The translations under genes were made by a program, and so were the position numbers. Shown here piece after piece: positions 1-8,350 of a stretch of 64,000 nt of DNA. Positions within the stretch are counted from its first letter, which is position 1. The number at the start of each line of letters is the position of its first letter. This stretch comes from Mycobacteriales bacterium (GTDB taxonomy: Bacteria; Actinomycetota; Actinomycetes; JAFAQI01). The stretch lies in contig DASSEX010000028.1 in the NCBI GenBank assembly GCA_035695045.1, positions 27,504-91,503 on the forward strand, read 5' to 3'. The notes under the pieces are model-generated. The model saw nothing but the letters and a program-made list of their open reading frames with translations. It was not told where the DNA came from and made no database searches.

Positions 1-527
<527 letters not shown>

Positions 528-632
528 CTAGGCGTTGCCCGGCCGCGGATCGAGCGCGATTGCCGCCGATCCGCAGCAGCGCGCGCTGCGAAGAACTCCT
601 CGGACCCAGCCCCTGACCCCGAAGGAGTTCTC

Positions 633-1088
633 ATGTCCAGCTACGCGGACCGCGGCGCCGGTGAGCACAGCGCCCTCCAGACCGCCGCGCTGCTCGTCGG
701 CGCCGTCTTCCTGGCCGTCGGCGTCCTCGGCTTCGTGCCCGGCATCACCACGCACTACGGCGACATGAGCGGCGCCGGCCGCGACTCGATGGCCAAGCTG
801 CTCGGCGTCTTCCAGGTATCCGTCCTCCACAACATCGTCCATCTGCTGTTCGGCTTCATCGGCATCGCCCTCTCGCGCACGAACGCCGCCGCCCGCTCCT
901 TCCTCGTCGGCGGCGGCATCGTCTACCTCGTGCTGTGGATCTACGGTCTTGCGATCGACCTGCACAGCTCCGCCAACTTCGTGCCGGTCAACACCGCCGA
1001 CAACTGGCTGCACTTCCTCCTCGGCGCCGGCATGGTCGCCCTCGGCGTTGCGCTCGGCAAGCGGTCAGCTGCAGCAGTGGCGGCCTGA
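633..1088 (+). CDS. DUF4383-type small integral membrane protein
   Basis: Last 151 codons of tracked ORF 75..1088. ATG at 633 is preceded by GAAGGAG (621-627). About 4 TM helices and the motif LLGVFQVSVLHNIVHLLFG. The 5' part of the tracked ORF is antisense to serC and was discarded. Confidence 0.7.
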   Translation: MSSYADRGAGEHSALQTAALLVGAVFLAVGVLGFVPGITTHYGDMSGAGRDSMAKLLGVFQVSVLHNIVHLLFGFIGIALSRTNAAARSFLVGGGIVYLVLWIYGLAIDLHSSANFVPVNTADNWLHFLLGAGMVALGVALGKRSAAAVAA

Positions 1089-1274
1089 GAGGAATTCAAG
1101 CGTCGTCCCATCGCGCGACGCGAAGTGCCGCCGACCAAGATCGTTGCGTTCTCTGCTGGCCGAACCGACCGAATGAGACCAGCCGAGTCCGCAATGATCA
1201 CCCGTCCCGGCCCACCGCACCAGGTCCGACGGGGACCGGAGGAGGGCGGGCTACCGCGCGAGACGAAGGAAGCC

Positions 1275-2387
1275 TCAGACCTTGGGGATCGAGCCGTAGC
1301 CCTCGACGGCATCGACCCCGCGGTTGGCCGGGCCGACGTACTTGGCGGACGGCCGGATGAGCCGGCCGGTGCGCTTCTGCTCGAGGATGTGCGCGCTCCA
1401 GCCCGCGACGCGCGCGCACGCGAACATCGACGTGAACATGTGCGCGGGAACCTCGGCGAAGTCGAGGACGACTGCCGACCAGAACTCGACGTTGGTGGCG
1501 AGCACGCGGTCGGGGTAGCGCTCCTTGAGCTCGGCGAGCGCCGCCTGCTCGAGTGCGTCCGCGATCTCGACGCGAGGCGATCCGAGCTCCTTCGCCGTAC
1601 GCCGCAGGACGCGGGCGCGTGGGTCCTCGGCGCGGTAGACGCGGTGACCGAAACCCATCAGCCGCTGCTTGGAGTCCAGGAGCCGCTTGACGTAGCGGCG
1701 GGCGTCGCCTTCCTCGGCAACCTCGTCGAGCATCCTCAGCACGCGGGAGGGCGCGCCGCCGTGCAGCGGGCCCGAGAGCGCACCGATCGCGCCGGAGAGG
1801 CAGGCCGCGACGTCGGCGCCGGTCGAGGCGATGACGCGCGCGGTGAACGTGGAGGCGTTCATGCCGTGCTCGGCCGCGGACACGAAGTAGGCGTCGACGG
1901 CCTTCACGTGCGCCGGGTCGGGCTCACCGCGCCAACGGACCATGAAGCGCTCGACGATCGTGTCGCTCTCGTCGATGCGCTTCTGGGGGACCATCGGCTG
2001 GCCGAGACCGCGAGCGGACTGCGCGACGAACGACATCGCCGTGACGGAGCACCGGGCCAGGTCGTCGCGCGCCTGCTGGTCGTCGATGTCGAGCAGCTGC
2101 TCGAGGCCCCATGCCGGGGCCAGCGTCGCGAGCGCGCTCTGCACGTCGACGCGGATGTCACCGGAGTGCACCGGGACCGGGAAGGGCTCGGCGGGCGGCA
2201 GGCCCGGGGCGAAACGACCGTCGACGAGAAGGCCCCAGACGTTGCCGTAGGACACGCGTCCGACGAGGTCCTCGATGTCGACGCCGCGGTAGCGAAGGGC
2301 CGAGCCCTCCTTGTCGGGTTCGGCGATCTCGGTCTCGAAGGCGATGACGCCTTCCAGACCGGGCTTGAACACAGTCTCGTCCGCCAT
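1275..2387 (-). CDS. citA: citrate synthase 2 (CitA-type)
   Basis: Start ATG at 2387 ([25 protein letters not shown]...), 370 aa. Citrate synthase signatures GPLHGGA and LMGFGHRVY are present. The longer tracked ORF (to 2729) is an unlikely extension. Confidence 0.9.
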   Translation of the reverse strand: MADETVFKPGLEGVIAFETEIAEPDKEGSALRYRGVDIEDLVGRVSYGNVWGLLVDGRFAPGLPPAEPFPVPVHSGDIRVDVQSALATLAPAWGLEQLLDIDDQQARDDLARCSVTAMSFVAQSARGLGQPMVPQKRIDESDTIVERFMVRWRGEPDPAHVKAVDAYFVSAAEHGMNASTFTARVIASTGADVAACLSGAIGALSGPLHGGAPSRVLRMLDEVAEEGDARRYVKRLLDSKQRLMGFGHRVYRAEDPRARVLRRTAKELGSPRVEIADALEQAALAELKERYPDRVLATNVEFWSAVVLDFAEVPAHMFTSMFACARVAGWSAHILEQKRTGRLIRPSAKYVGPANRGVDAVEGYGSIPKV

Positions 2388-2499
2388 TGCGAGTGCGTCT
2401 CCTCGTGCGGTGGCAGGGATCACTGCCCGTGGACCGCGGGTACTGGGCTGCGGTGACCTCATTGTCCCCCGCAACGGGGCGCCTGAGACAGTCAGGGTG

Positions 2500-3171
2500 A
2501 TGGATCGTCCCGCCGACCCCGCCCGGATCTCCCAGGCGGACCTCGCCGCGATGCGCAGCGAGTACGCGGATGCCGGACTCACCGAGGACGGCGTACCTCC
2601 CCACCCGGTGCTGCTCTGGCACGAGTGGCTCGCGGCCGCCCGGGACGCCGCGCTCGCCGAGGTCAACGCCATGGTGCTGTCGACCGTGGACGGCGCCGGT
2701 GCGCCGAGCAGCCGGATGGTGCTGTGCAAGTACGCCGACGAGGCGGGATTCGTCTTCTACACGAACTACGACTCGCGCAAGGCCGCCGAGATCGACGCCA
2801 ACCCGCAGGTGAGCCTGCTCTTTCCGTGGCACCCGCTCGGGCGGCAAGTGCGCGTCGAGGGGGTGGCTGCTCGCGTCGCCGAGGAGGAGTCGGCGTCGTA
2901 CTTCGCCACCCGCCCGCGCGGTGCCCAGATCGGCGCGTGGGCGAGTCACCAGTCGTCCGTCATCCAGTCGCGCGCGGATCTCGAGCGGGACGTCGCTGCC
3001 GTCGTCGAACGGTTCGGCGAGGGCGACGTGCCGCTGCCTCCGCACTGGGGCGGCTATCGCGTACGGCCCGAGCGGGTGGAGTTCTGGCAGGGCCGTCCGG
3101 ACCGGCTGCACGACCGGCTGCGCTACGTCCGCGCCCCCGACCGCTGGCGGATCGAGAGACTGTCGCCGTGA
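2500..3171 (+). CDS. pdxH: pyridoxamine 5'-phosphate oxidase
   Basis: ATG at 2500 ([19 protein letters not shown]...). Motifs [32 protein letters not shown] and [25 protein letters not shown] are typical of PdxH. Confidence 0.9.
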   Translation: MDRPADPARISQADLAAMRSEYADAGLTEDGVPPHPVLLWHEWLAAARDAALAEVNAMVLSTVDGAGAPSSRMVLCKYADEAGFVFYTNYDSRKAAEIDANPQVSLLFPWHPLGRQVRVEGVAARVAEEESASYFATRPRGAQIGAWASHQSSVIQSRADLERDVAAVVERFGEGDVPLPPHWGGYRVRPERVEFWQGRPDRLHDRLRYVRAPDRWRIERLSP

Positions 3172-3180
3172 GCGACCGGC

Positions 3181-4467
3181 ATGGCTGAGGCGCCCACGGA
3201 GACGGTCGAGGCGCCGCCGGCGCGACTGTCGCGCTGGCGACGGATCGCCGCGGACACGACCCCGCTCCGGGAGAGTGCGGACTATCGCCGCTGGTGGGCG
3301 GGCTACTCGCTGTCGTTCACCGGCACCCAGCTCACGCAGTTCGCGATCCCGCTGCAGGTCTACGCGATCACGCACTCATCGCTGTACGTCGGCCTCGTCG
3401 GGCTGGTCGTCGTGGGGCCGCTCGTGGTCATGGGCCTGTTCGGCGGGGCGATCGCCGACGCGGTGGATCGCCGCCGGCTGACTCTCATCACCGGCAGTGT
3501 GCTCATGGCGCTGTCGACGCTGCTGGCTGTCCTGGCCGCGGCCGGCGTGCACCGTCTGTCGCTGCTCTACGTCATTGCCGGCGTACAGGGCGCGTTCAGT
3601 GCCACGGACTCTTCAGCTCGCGGTGCGATCCTCCCGAGGCTGGTGCGACGCGAGCTGCTGCCGTCGGCGAACGCGCTGGGACAGCTCGGCTTCCAGACCG
3701 GCCTCTCGGCCGGGCCCCTGCTCGGCGGCGTGCTCGTCGGCAGCCTCGGGTTCGCGTGGGCCTACGGACTCGATGCGCTGTCGTTCGTCGCGGTGCTCTA
3801 TGCGATCTGGCGGCTACCCGCGATGCCGCCCGAGGGCGGCGGCAGCCGGGCCGGCGTCGCGTCGGTGCTGGAAGGCCTGCGCTTCCTCGGTCCGCGCAAG
3901 AACCTGCTGATGACGTTCCTCGTCGACATCAACGCGATGGTCTTCGGCATGCCGCGGGCGCTCTTCCCGGCGATCGGGGTGACGTGGTTCCACGGTGGCG
4001 CGGGCACCGTCGGCCTGCTCGCCGCGGCACCCTCCCTGGGGGCGCTTCTCGGCGCGATGACGTCGGGGTGGGCGGCGCACGTCCGCCGGCAGGGTCTTGC
4101 GGTGCTGGTGTCGGTGGTGATCTGGGGCGGGTCGATCGCACTCTTCGGGTTCACCCGGACGTTGTGGGTCGCCCTCGTCCTGCTGGGCATCGCCGGCGCC
4201 GCCGACATGGTCAGCGCGATCTTCCGGAACACGATCCTGCAGGTCGCGACCCCGGACTCGCTGCGGGGTCGACTCCAGGGCGTCTTCATCGTGGTGGTGA
4301 CCGGCGGACCACGGATCGGGGACGTCGAGGCCGGCTCGGTGGCCGCGGCGTTCGGGACCCAGATCTCGGTCGTCACCGGCGGCCTGGCCTGCGTCGCGGG
4401 AGTGGGAATCCTGGCCGCGATGTTCCCGTCGTTCGCGCGCTACGACGGCGAGGATCCGGTGCCCTGA
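3181..4467 (+). CDS. MFS transporter (EntS/enterobactin-exporter-like family)
   Basis: 428 aa, about 12 TM helices. The N-terminal R/W-rich region (YRRWWAGYSLSFTG) followed by repeated hydrophobic helices is a typical MFS_3 pattern. Confidence 0.8.
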   Translation: MAEAPTETVEAPPARLSRWRRIAADTTPLRESADYRRWWAGYSLSFTGTQLTQFAIPLQVYAITHSSLYVGLVGLVVVGPLVVMGLFGGAIADAVDRRRLTLITGSVLMALSTLLAVLAAAGVHRLSLLYVIAGVQGAFSATDSSARGAILPRLVRRELLPSANALGQLGFQTGLSAGPLLGGVLVGSLGFAWAYGLDALSFVAVLYAIWRLPAMPPEGGGSRAGVASVLEGLRFLGPRKNLLMTFLVDINAMVFGMPRALFPAIGVTWFHGGAGTVGLLAAAPSLGALLGAMTSGWAAHVRRQGLAVLVSVVIWGGSIALFGFTRTLWVALVLLGIAGAADMVSAIFRNTILQVATPDSLRGRLQGVFIVVVTGGPRIGDVEAGSVAAAFGTQISVVTGGLACVAGVGILAAMFPSFARYDGEDPVP

Positions 4468-4488
4468 CCGACCTGCGAGAATTACCCC

Positions 4489-5772
4489 ATGTCCTCCTAT
4501 GAGCTCCGGTACGACGACGAGTCGCTGCCTCTCGAGACCGTCGACGGCACTGAGCCACCGTTCGGCGTACACATCGGCAAGCTGCTCTCCACGACCGGCC
4601 GGGTGACGTTCGACCCCGGCTACGGCAACACCGCGCCTTCGGTGTCGGCCATCACGTTCATCGACGGTGACGCCGGCATCCTGCGCTACCGCGGATATCC
4701 GATCGAGCAGCTGGCGGAGAGCTCGACGTTCCTCGAGACGTCGTACCTTCTGATCTGCGGCGAGCTGCCGACGAAGGAGCAGCTGGCGGACTTCGAGCAG
4801 CGGATCAAGACGCACACGCTCCTGCACGAGGAGTTCAAGAGCTTCTTCGCCGGGTTCCCGCGCGACGCGCACCCGATGCCGGTGCTCGCGTCGGCGGTGA
4901 GCGCGCTGTCGACCTTCTACCAGGACAGCCTCGACCCCTTCGACGAGGAGCACGTCGAGCAGTCGACCGTTCGTCTGCTCGCGAAGGTGCCGACGATCGC
5001 CGCCTACGCCTACAAGAAGGCGGTCGGCCAGCCGCTGCTCTATCCCGACAACTCGCTCGGGTACGTCGAGAACTTCCTGCGCATGTGCTTCGGCGTGCCG
5101 GCGGAGCCCTACGAGGTCGATCCCGAGGTCGCGAAGGTTCTCGACATGCTGTTCATCCTGCATGCCGACCACGAGCAGAACTGCTCGACGTCGACGGTGC
5201 GGATGGTCGGCTCGTCGCACGCCAACCTGTTCGCGTCGATCTCCGCCGGCGTCAACGCCCTGTTCGGTCCACTGCATGGTGGCGCCAACCAGGCCGTCCT
5301 GGAGATGCTCGAAGGCATCCAGGCCGACGGCGGCGATGTTGCGGCGTTCGTCCGGCGGGTCAAGGACAAGGAGCCGGGCGTCAAGCTCATGGGCTTCGGT
5401 CACCGTGTCTACAAGAGCTTCGACCCGCGCGCGGCCGTCGTGAAGAAGGCAGCCCGTGACGTGCTCGAGAAGATGAACAAGCCTGACCCGCTGCTCGACC
5501 TCGCGATGCAGCTCGAGGAGGTCGCGCTCGCCGACGACTACTTCGTCGAGCGCAAGCTCTACCCGAACGTCGACTTCTACACCGGCGTCATCTACAAGGC
5601 GATGGGCTTCCCGACGCGGATGTTCACGGTGCTGTTCGCGCTCGGCCGGTTGCCCGGCTGGATCGCCCAGTGGCGGGAGATGATGGCCGACCCGTCGACG
5701 AAGATCGGCCGGCCGCGCCAGGTCTACACCGGCCCCGGCGAGCGCAAGTACGTCGCCCTCAACGACCGCTGA
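4489..5772 (+). CDS. gltA: citrate synthase (type II, GltA)
   Basis: 427 aa. Contains ITFIDGDAGILRYRGYPIEQLAE, HADHEQNCSTSTVR, GPLHGGANQ and [10 protein letters not shown], which are canonical hexameric-type citrate synthase motifs. Confidence 0.95.
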   Translation: MSSYELRYDDESLPLETVDGTEPPFGVHIGKLLSTTGRVTFDPGYGNTAPSVSAITFIDGDAGILRYRGYPIEQLAESSTFLETSYLLICGELPTKEQLADFEQRIKTHTLLHEEFKSFFAGFPRDAHPMPVLASAVSALSTFYQDSLDPFDEEHVEQSTVRLLAKVPTIAAYAYKKAVGQPLLYPDNSLGYVENFLRMCFGVPAEPYEVDPEVAKVLDMLFILHADHEQNCSTSTVRMVGSSHANLFASISAGVNALFGPLHGGANQAVLEMLEGIQADGGDVAAFVRRVKDKEPGVKLMGFGHRVYKSFDPRAAVVKKAARDVLEKMNKPDPLLDLAMQLEEVALADDYFVERKLYPNVDFYTGVIYKAMGFPTRMFTVLFALGRLPGWIAQWREMMADPSTKIGRPRQVYTGPGERKYVALNDR

Positions 5773-5781
5773 GCCTGTGTT

Positions 5782-5837
5782 GAGTGCGACGTAATCCCCC
5801 TAAGTGGGCGTCGCCCAAGGGGGATTACGTCGCACTC
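5782..5837. terminator. 56-nt near-perfect palindrome between convergent genes (likely bidirectional intrinsic terminator)
   Basis: Arm gagtgcgacgtaatccccct (5782-5801) is the exact reverse complement of agggggattacgtcgcactc (5818-5837). The 16-nt centre contains a nested palindrome, tgggcg-t-cgccca. It lies between the gltA stop (5772) and the stop of the minus-strand gene at 5862. There is no U-tract. Confidence 0.6.
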
Positions 5838-5861
5838 GACCTGGCGTGCGCAGCGCTACGG

Positions 5862-7790
5862 CTACTGGACGATGAGCGTGCCCTTCATGCCTGGGTGAAG
5901 GGTGCACAGGAACGAGTAGGTCCCGGGCTTGAGTGAGCTGACGCCGAGCACCTCCTCTGTCTGGCTCAGACCGATCAGCGGCGAGTAGAACAGTGGGCAC
6001 TGGTGCTTGCGGAACTGCCGGCACCATTTCGCCTTGCCGCTCGTCAATGCCTTGTGGTCCGCGGCGACGTCCTGTACGACGTTGTGCCGTACGACGTCGA
6101 AGTTGGCGTACTGCAGCTTGCCGCCGCGCTGCACCACCATGAGCGGCGTCGCATAGCCGTAGGACTGTGCCTGCGGCAGCGAGACGACCGTGGACTCCGC
6201 GTTCGGTGCCGCCGACGTCGGCGACGCCGCCCGAGACCCCGGCAGCGCGATGCCCGGCCGGTAGGCGATGACGTAGCCGTTCGGCAGACCGGTCATGCCG
6301 ATCGCCGCGTAGACCGTGTGCCGGGCGATGGCGACCCCGCCCCAGCTCGCCGCGACGTCACCGGCGCCGACGTCGGCACCCATCCAGTGGTGCAGCAGCG
6401 GCACGCCGGTCGCGCTGTCGTAGGCGTCGAGGAAGCCGGTCAGACCCACCGTGTAGACGATGCCGGCGGCCGTGGACACCGGGTTGCCCCAGTGCGCACC
6501 GTCGCCGATCGGTGCCACCCAGCGCGGTGTGCCGCTCGCCCGGTCCAGCGACCAGAGGTAACCGCTGATCGTGATCGGCCCGTAGACGCTCTTGCCGTCG
6601 TACGCCGTCGAGCCGACGATGCCGCCGACTGCACTGGGCGGACCCACCGGGGTCTGCCAGACGCTCTTCATCGTGCGGCCGTCGATGAGGTGGTAGTAGC
6701 CGGACTTCTGCCCGGCGCCGACGAGCACCCGGTTACCCGTGCGGATCAGGTTGGGCGAAGCGCCGAAGTCCATGTCCATGTCGGCACAGGAACCCACGCC
6801 CGTCGGGTAGTAGGGCGCCGGGTTTCCAGGAATGTCGACGCACGGCGTGCCCTGAAACGCCGTCGTGTAGGTCTCGGGTGTGCCGTCGTAGGTGCCGATG
6901 ATGTCGCCGAAGGTGCGGCTGTGCCGGTCGAGATCGACCTTGATGACGGCGTCGGCGTTCCTCGCAGGCACGTTCTCGTGGAACGGGTTGCCGGTGCCGA
7001 CGTAGGCGACCTTGGCCCTGGTGTCCACGGCAGGGGTCGACCACACGGTCGCCCCGCCCTGCTTGGCGTTCTTCGCCGGCTTCTGGACGGTGTAGACCTT
7101 CTTCAGGACGCGGCCGGCCTGTGCGCCGCGGGTCTCGATCAGGACGTAGGCGCCCTGGAACGCGTAACGCTCCGACTCCGAAGCCAGCTCAGCCGAGCCG
7201 CCCGACACGCCCTCGAACAGCACACCGTCGAACACGACCGGGCTGCCGTAGGCGTCCGCACCGTTCTGCGAGTCGGTGATGGTCTCCCAGCGCACCTTGC
7301 CGGTGCGCTGGTCGAGCGCGGCGACGTACGGCTTGCCTATGCGTCCCACCGCGACGAAGACCTGGCCCTCGGCGACGGTCGGCGACGAGGTGATCTCGTT
7401 ACCGTCCTTGTCGACCTTCGTCGACCACACCTTCTGCCCGGTGTCGGCGTTGACCGCGAACACCCAACCGGTCGTCGAGCCGATGTACATGCACCCGCCG
7501 GCGATGACCGGCGTGCCGGTGAAGTCGCCGTCGCCGCCGCCGTCCTTCGCCGAGAACGCCCATGCCTTGGTCAGGGTCGGGACGACGGTGGTCGTCAGCG
7601 TCTTCTCCGCCGGCTGGGAGCGGGTGTTGGAGGAGTCATGCCCGTACGATGGCCAGTCGCCGCCGGGCTTCGCGGGGGAGGCGCATGAGGCGGGTCGCGC
7701 CGCCGCACCGGCTGACGTGAGAGCGCCGGCGGCAGGGGCGACGAGAGCGACCGCAGCCATGACCGGCAGTAGGCGGCGCGACCCGAGCAT
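5862..7790 (-). CDS. secreted PQQ-type beta-propeller repeat protein with C-terminal cupredoxin (type-1 copper) domain
   Basis: Start ATG at 7790 (MLGSRRLLPVMAAVALVAPAAGALTSAGAAA, a signal peptide). WPSYGHDSSNTRSQP is followed by repeated A-x-D/N-x-x-T-G-x-x-x-W blades (AVNADTGQKVWST, ALDQRTGKVRWET, LIDGRTMKSVWQT, SLDRASGTPRWVA). The C-terminus ...VVRHNVV...GTYSFLCTLHPGMKGTLIVQ carries a His/Cys/His/Met blue-copper ligand pattern. The tracked ORF (to 8303) overextends into the upstream gene. Confidence 0.8.
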   Translation of the reverse strand: MLGSRRLLPVMAAVALVAPAAGALTSAGAAARPASCASPAKPGGDWPSYGHDSSNTRSQPAEKTLTTTVVPTLTKAWAFSAKDGGGDGDFTGTPVIAGGCMYIGSTTGWVFAVNADTGQKVWSTKVDKDGNEITSSPTVAEGQVFVAVGRIGKPYVAALDQRTGKVRWETITDSQNGADAYGSPVVFDGVLFEGVSGGSAELASESERYAFQGAYVLIETRGAQAGRVLKKVYTVQKPAKNAKQGGATVWSTPAVDTRAKVAYVGTGNPFHENVPARNADAVIKVDLDRHSRTFGDIIGTYDGTPETYTTAFQGTPCVDIPGNPAPYYPTGVGSCADMDMDFGASPNLIRTGNRVLVGAGQKSGYYHLIDGRTMKSVWQTPVGPPSAVGGIVGSTAYDGKSVYGPITISGYLWSLDRASGTPRWVAPIGDGAHWGNPVSTAAGIVYTVGLTGFLDAYDSATGVPLLHHWMGADVGAGDVAASWGGVAIARHTVYAAIGMTGLPNGYVIAYRPGIALPGSRAASPTSAAPNAESTVVSLPQAQSYGYATPLMVVQRGGKLQYANFDVVRHNVVQDVAADHKALTSGKAKWCRQFRKHQCPLFYSPLIGLSQTEEVLGVSSLKPGTYSFLCTLHPGMKGTLIVQ

Positions 7791-8350
7791 CAGGACACCT
7801 CGATCTTGCTGAAGTGGATGGTTCCTACATCCGCGTTCGGACAGGCACTCGACTGCTGGAGACCGAACTCGACGACGAGGGTCTTCGGGAACGGTCCCTC
7901 CGGCATGTACGGCCTCAACCCGACAGTGCCCGAACCCGTGACCGCGCCACGGACGGTCTTCAGGCCGTACCAGTGGTGGTTGCCCTTCGCGGTGTCGCGC
8001 AGTCCGAGCTGCACGAAGGTGAACGGGTCGACCGCCGCCGAGTCGTACGTCGCCACGACCTTGTGCACCGCGCGCGTCGCACGGAACACGACGAGCAGCT
8101 TCGCGTAGGGCGCGCCCTTGGTGCAGTTGATGACTCCGGGGATCGGGTAGATCCGCCCGACCGTCACGGTGCCGTCCGAGGTGGCGGAGTGGTAGCTGAA
8201 GGAGTCGCCGCCGGATGGACCGAGCTTGAACGGCGCTCCGTAGCTCTTGCTCTTGGCCGGAGCGGCGCCCGCAGGCAGGGCGACGACGAGCGCGGCGGCA
8301 CAACCGGCTGAGGCGAGCAGACGTAGAACGCGCGGCATGCGGCTCCTCAT
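7790..8350 (-). CDS. small secreted protein of unknown function
   Basis: Start ATG at 8350 overlaps the stop of the upstream gene (ATGA at 8347-8350). Its own stop overlaps the downstream ATG (ATGA at 7788-7792). N-terminal signal peptide MRSRMPRVLRLLASAGCAAALVVALPAGAAPA. Two further Cys residues. I recognise no motif. Confidence 0.65.
   Translation of the reverse strand: MRSRMPRVLRLLASAGCAAALVVALPAGAAPAKSKSYGAPFKLGPSGGDSFSYHSATSDGTVTVGRIYPIPGVINCTKGAPYAKLLVVFRATRAVHKVVATYDSAAVDPFTFVQLGLRDTAKGNHHWYGLKTVRGAVTGSGTVGLRPYMPEGPFPKTLVVEFGLQQSSACPNADVGTIHFSKIEVS

Noticed and set aside
1089-1274. 186-nt gap between the DUF4383 and citA stops as a possible sRNA or small ORF
   Set aside because: It contains only weak 5-bp hairpins, no convincing start/RBS/GC3 pattern and no recognisable motif. 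It is most likely just a convergent terminator region.
3814-5403. 529-aa ORF on the minus strand
   Set aside because: It is entirely antisense to the MFS gene and gltA. The composition is Arg/Ala/Gly/Pro-dominated with no motifs. This is the typical shadow ORF of a high-GC genome, and gltA on the plus strand is unambiguous.
5862-7790. Beta-propeller as a PAL-like lyase partner of the PHM-like enzyme (a bacterial peptide-amidation pair)
   Set aside because: The idea is attractive because eukaryotic PAM couples PHM to a beta-propeller lyase. However, the blades here are PQQ/BamB-type rather than NHL-type, the protein is much larger, and it carries its own cupredoxin, which points to redox chemistry. 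I keep it only as a remote alternative to test by structure comparison.
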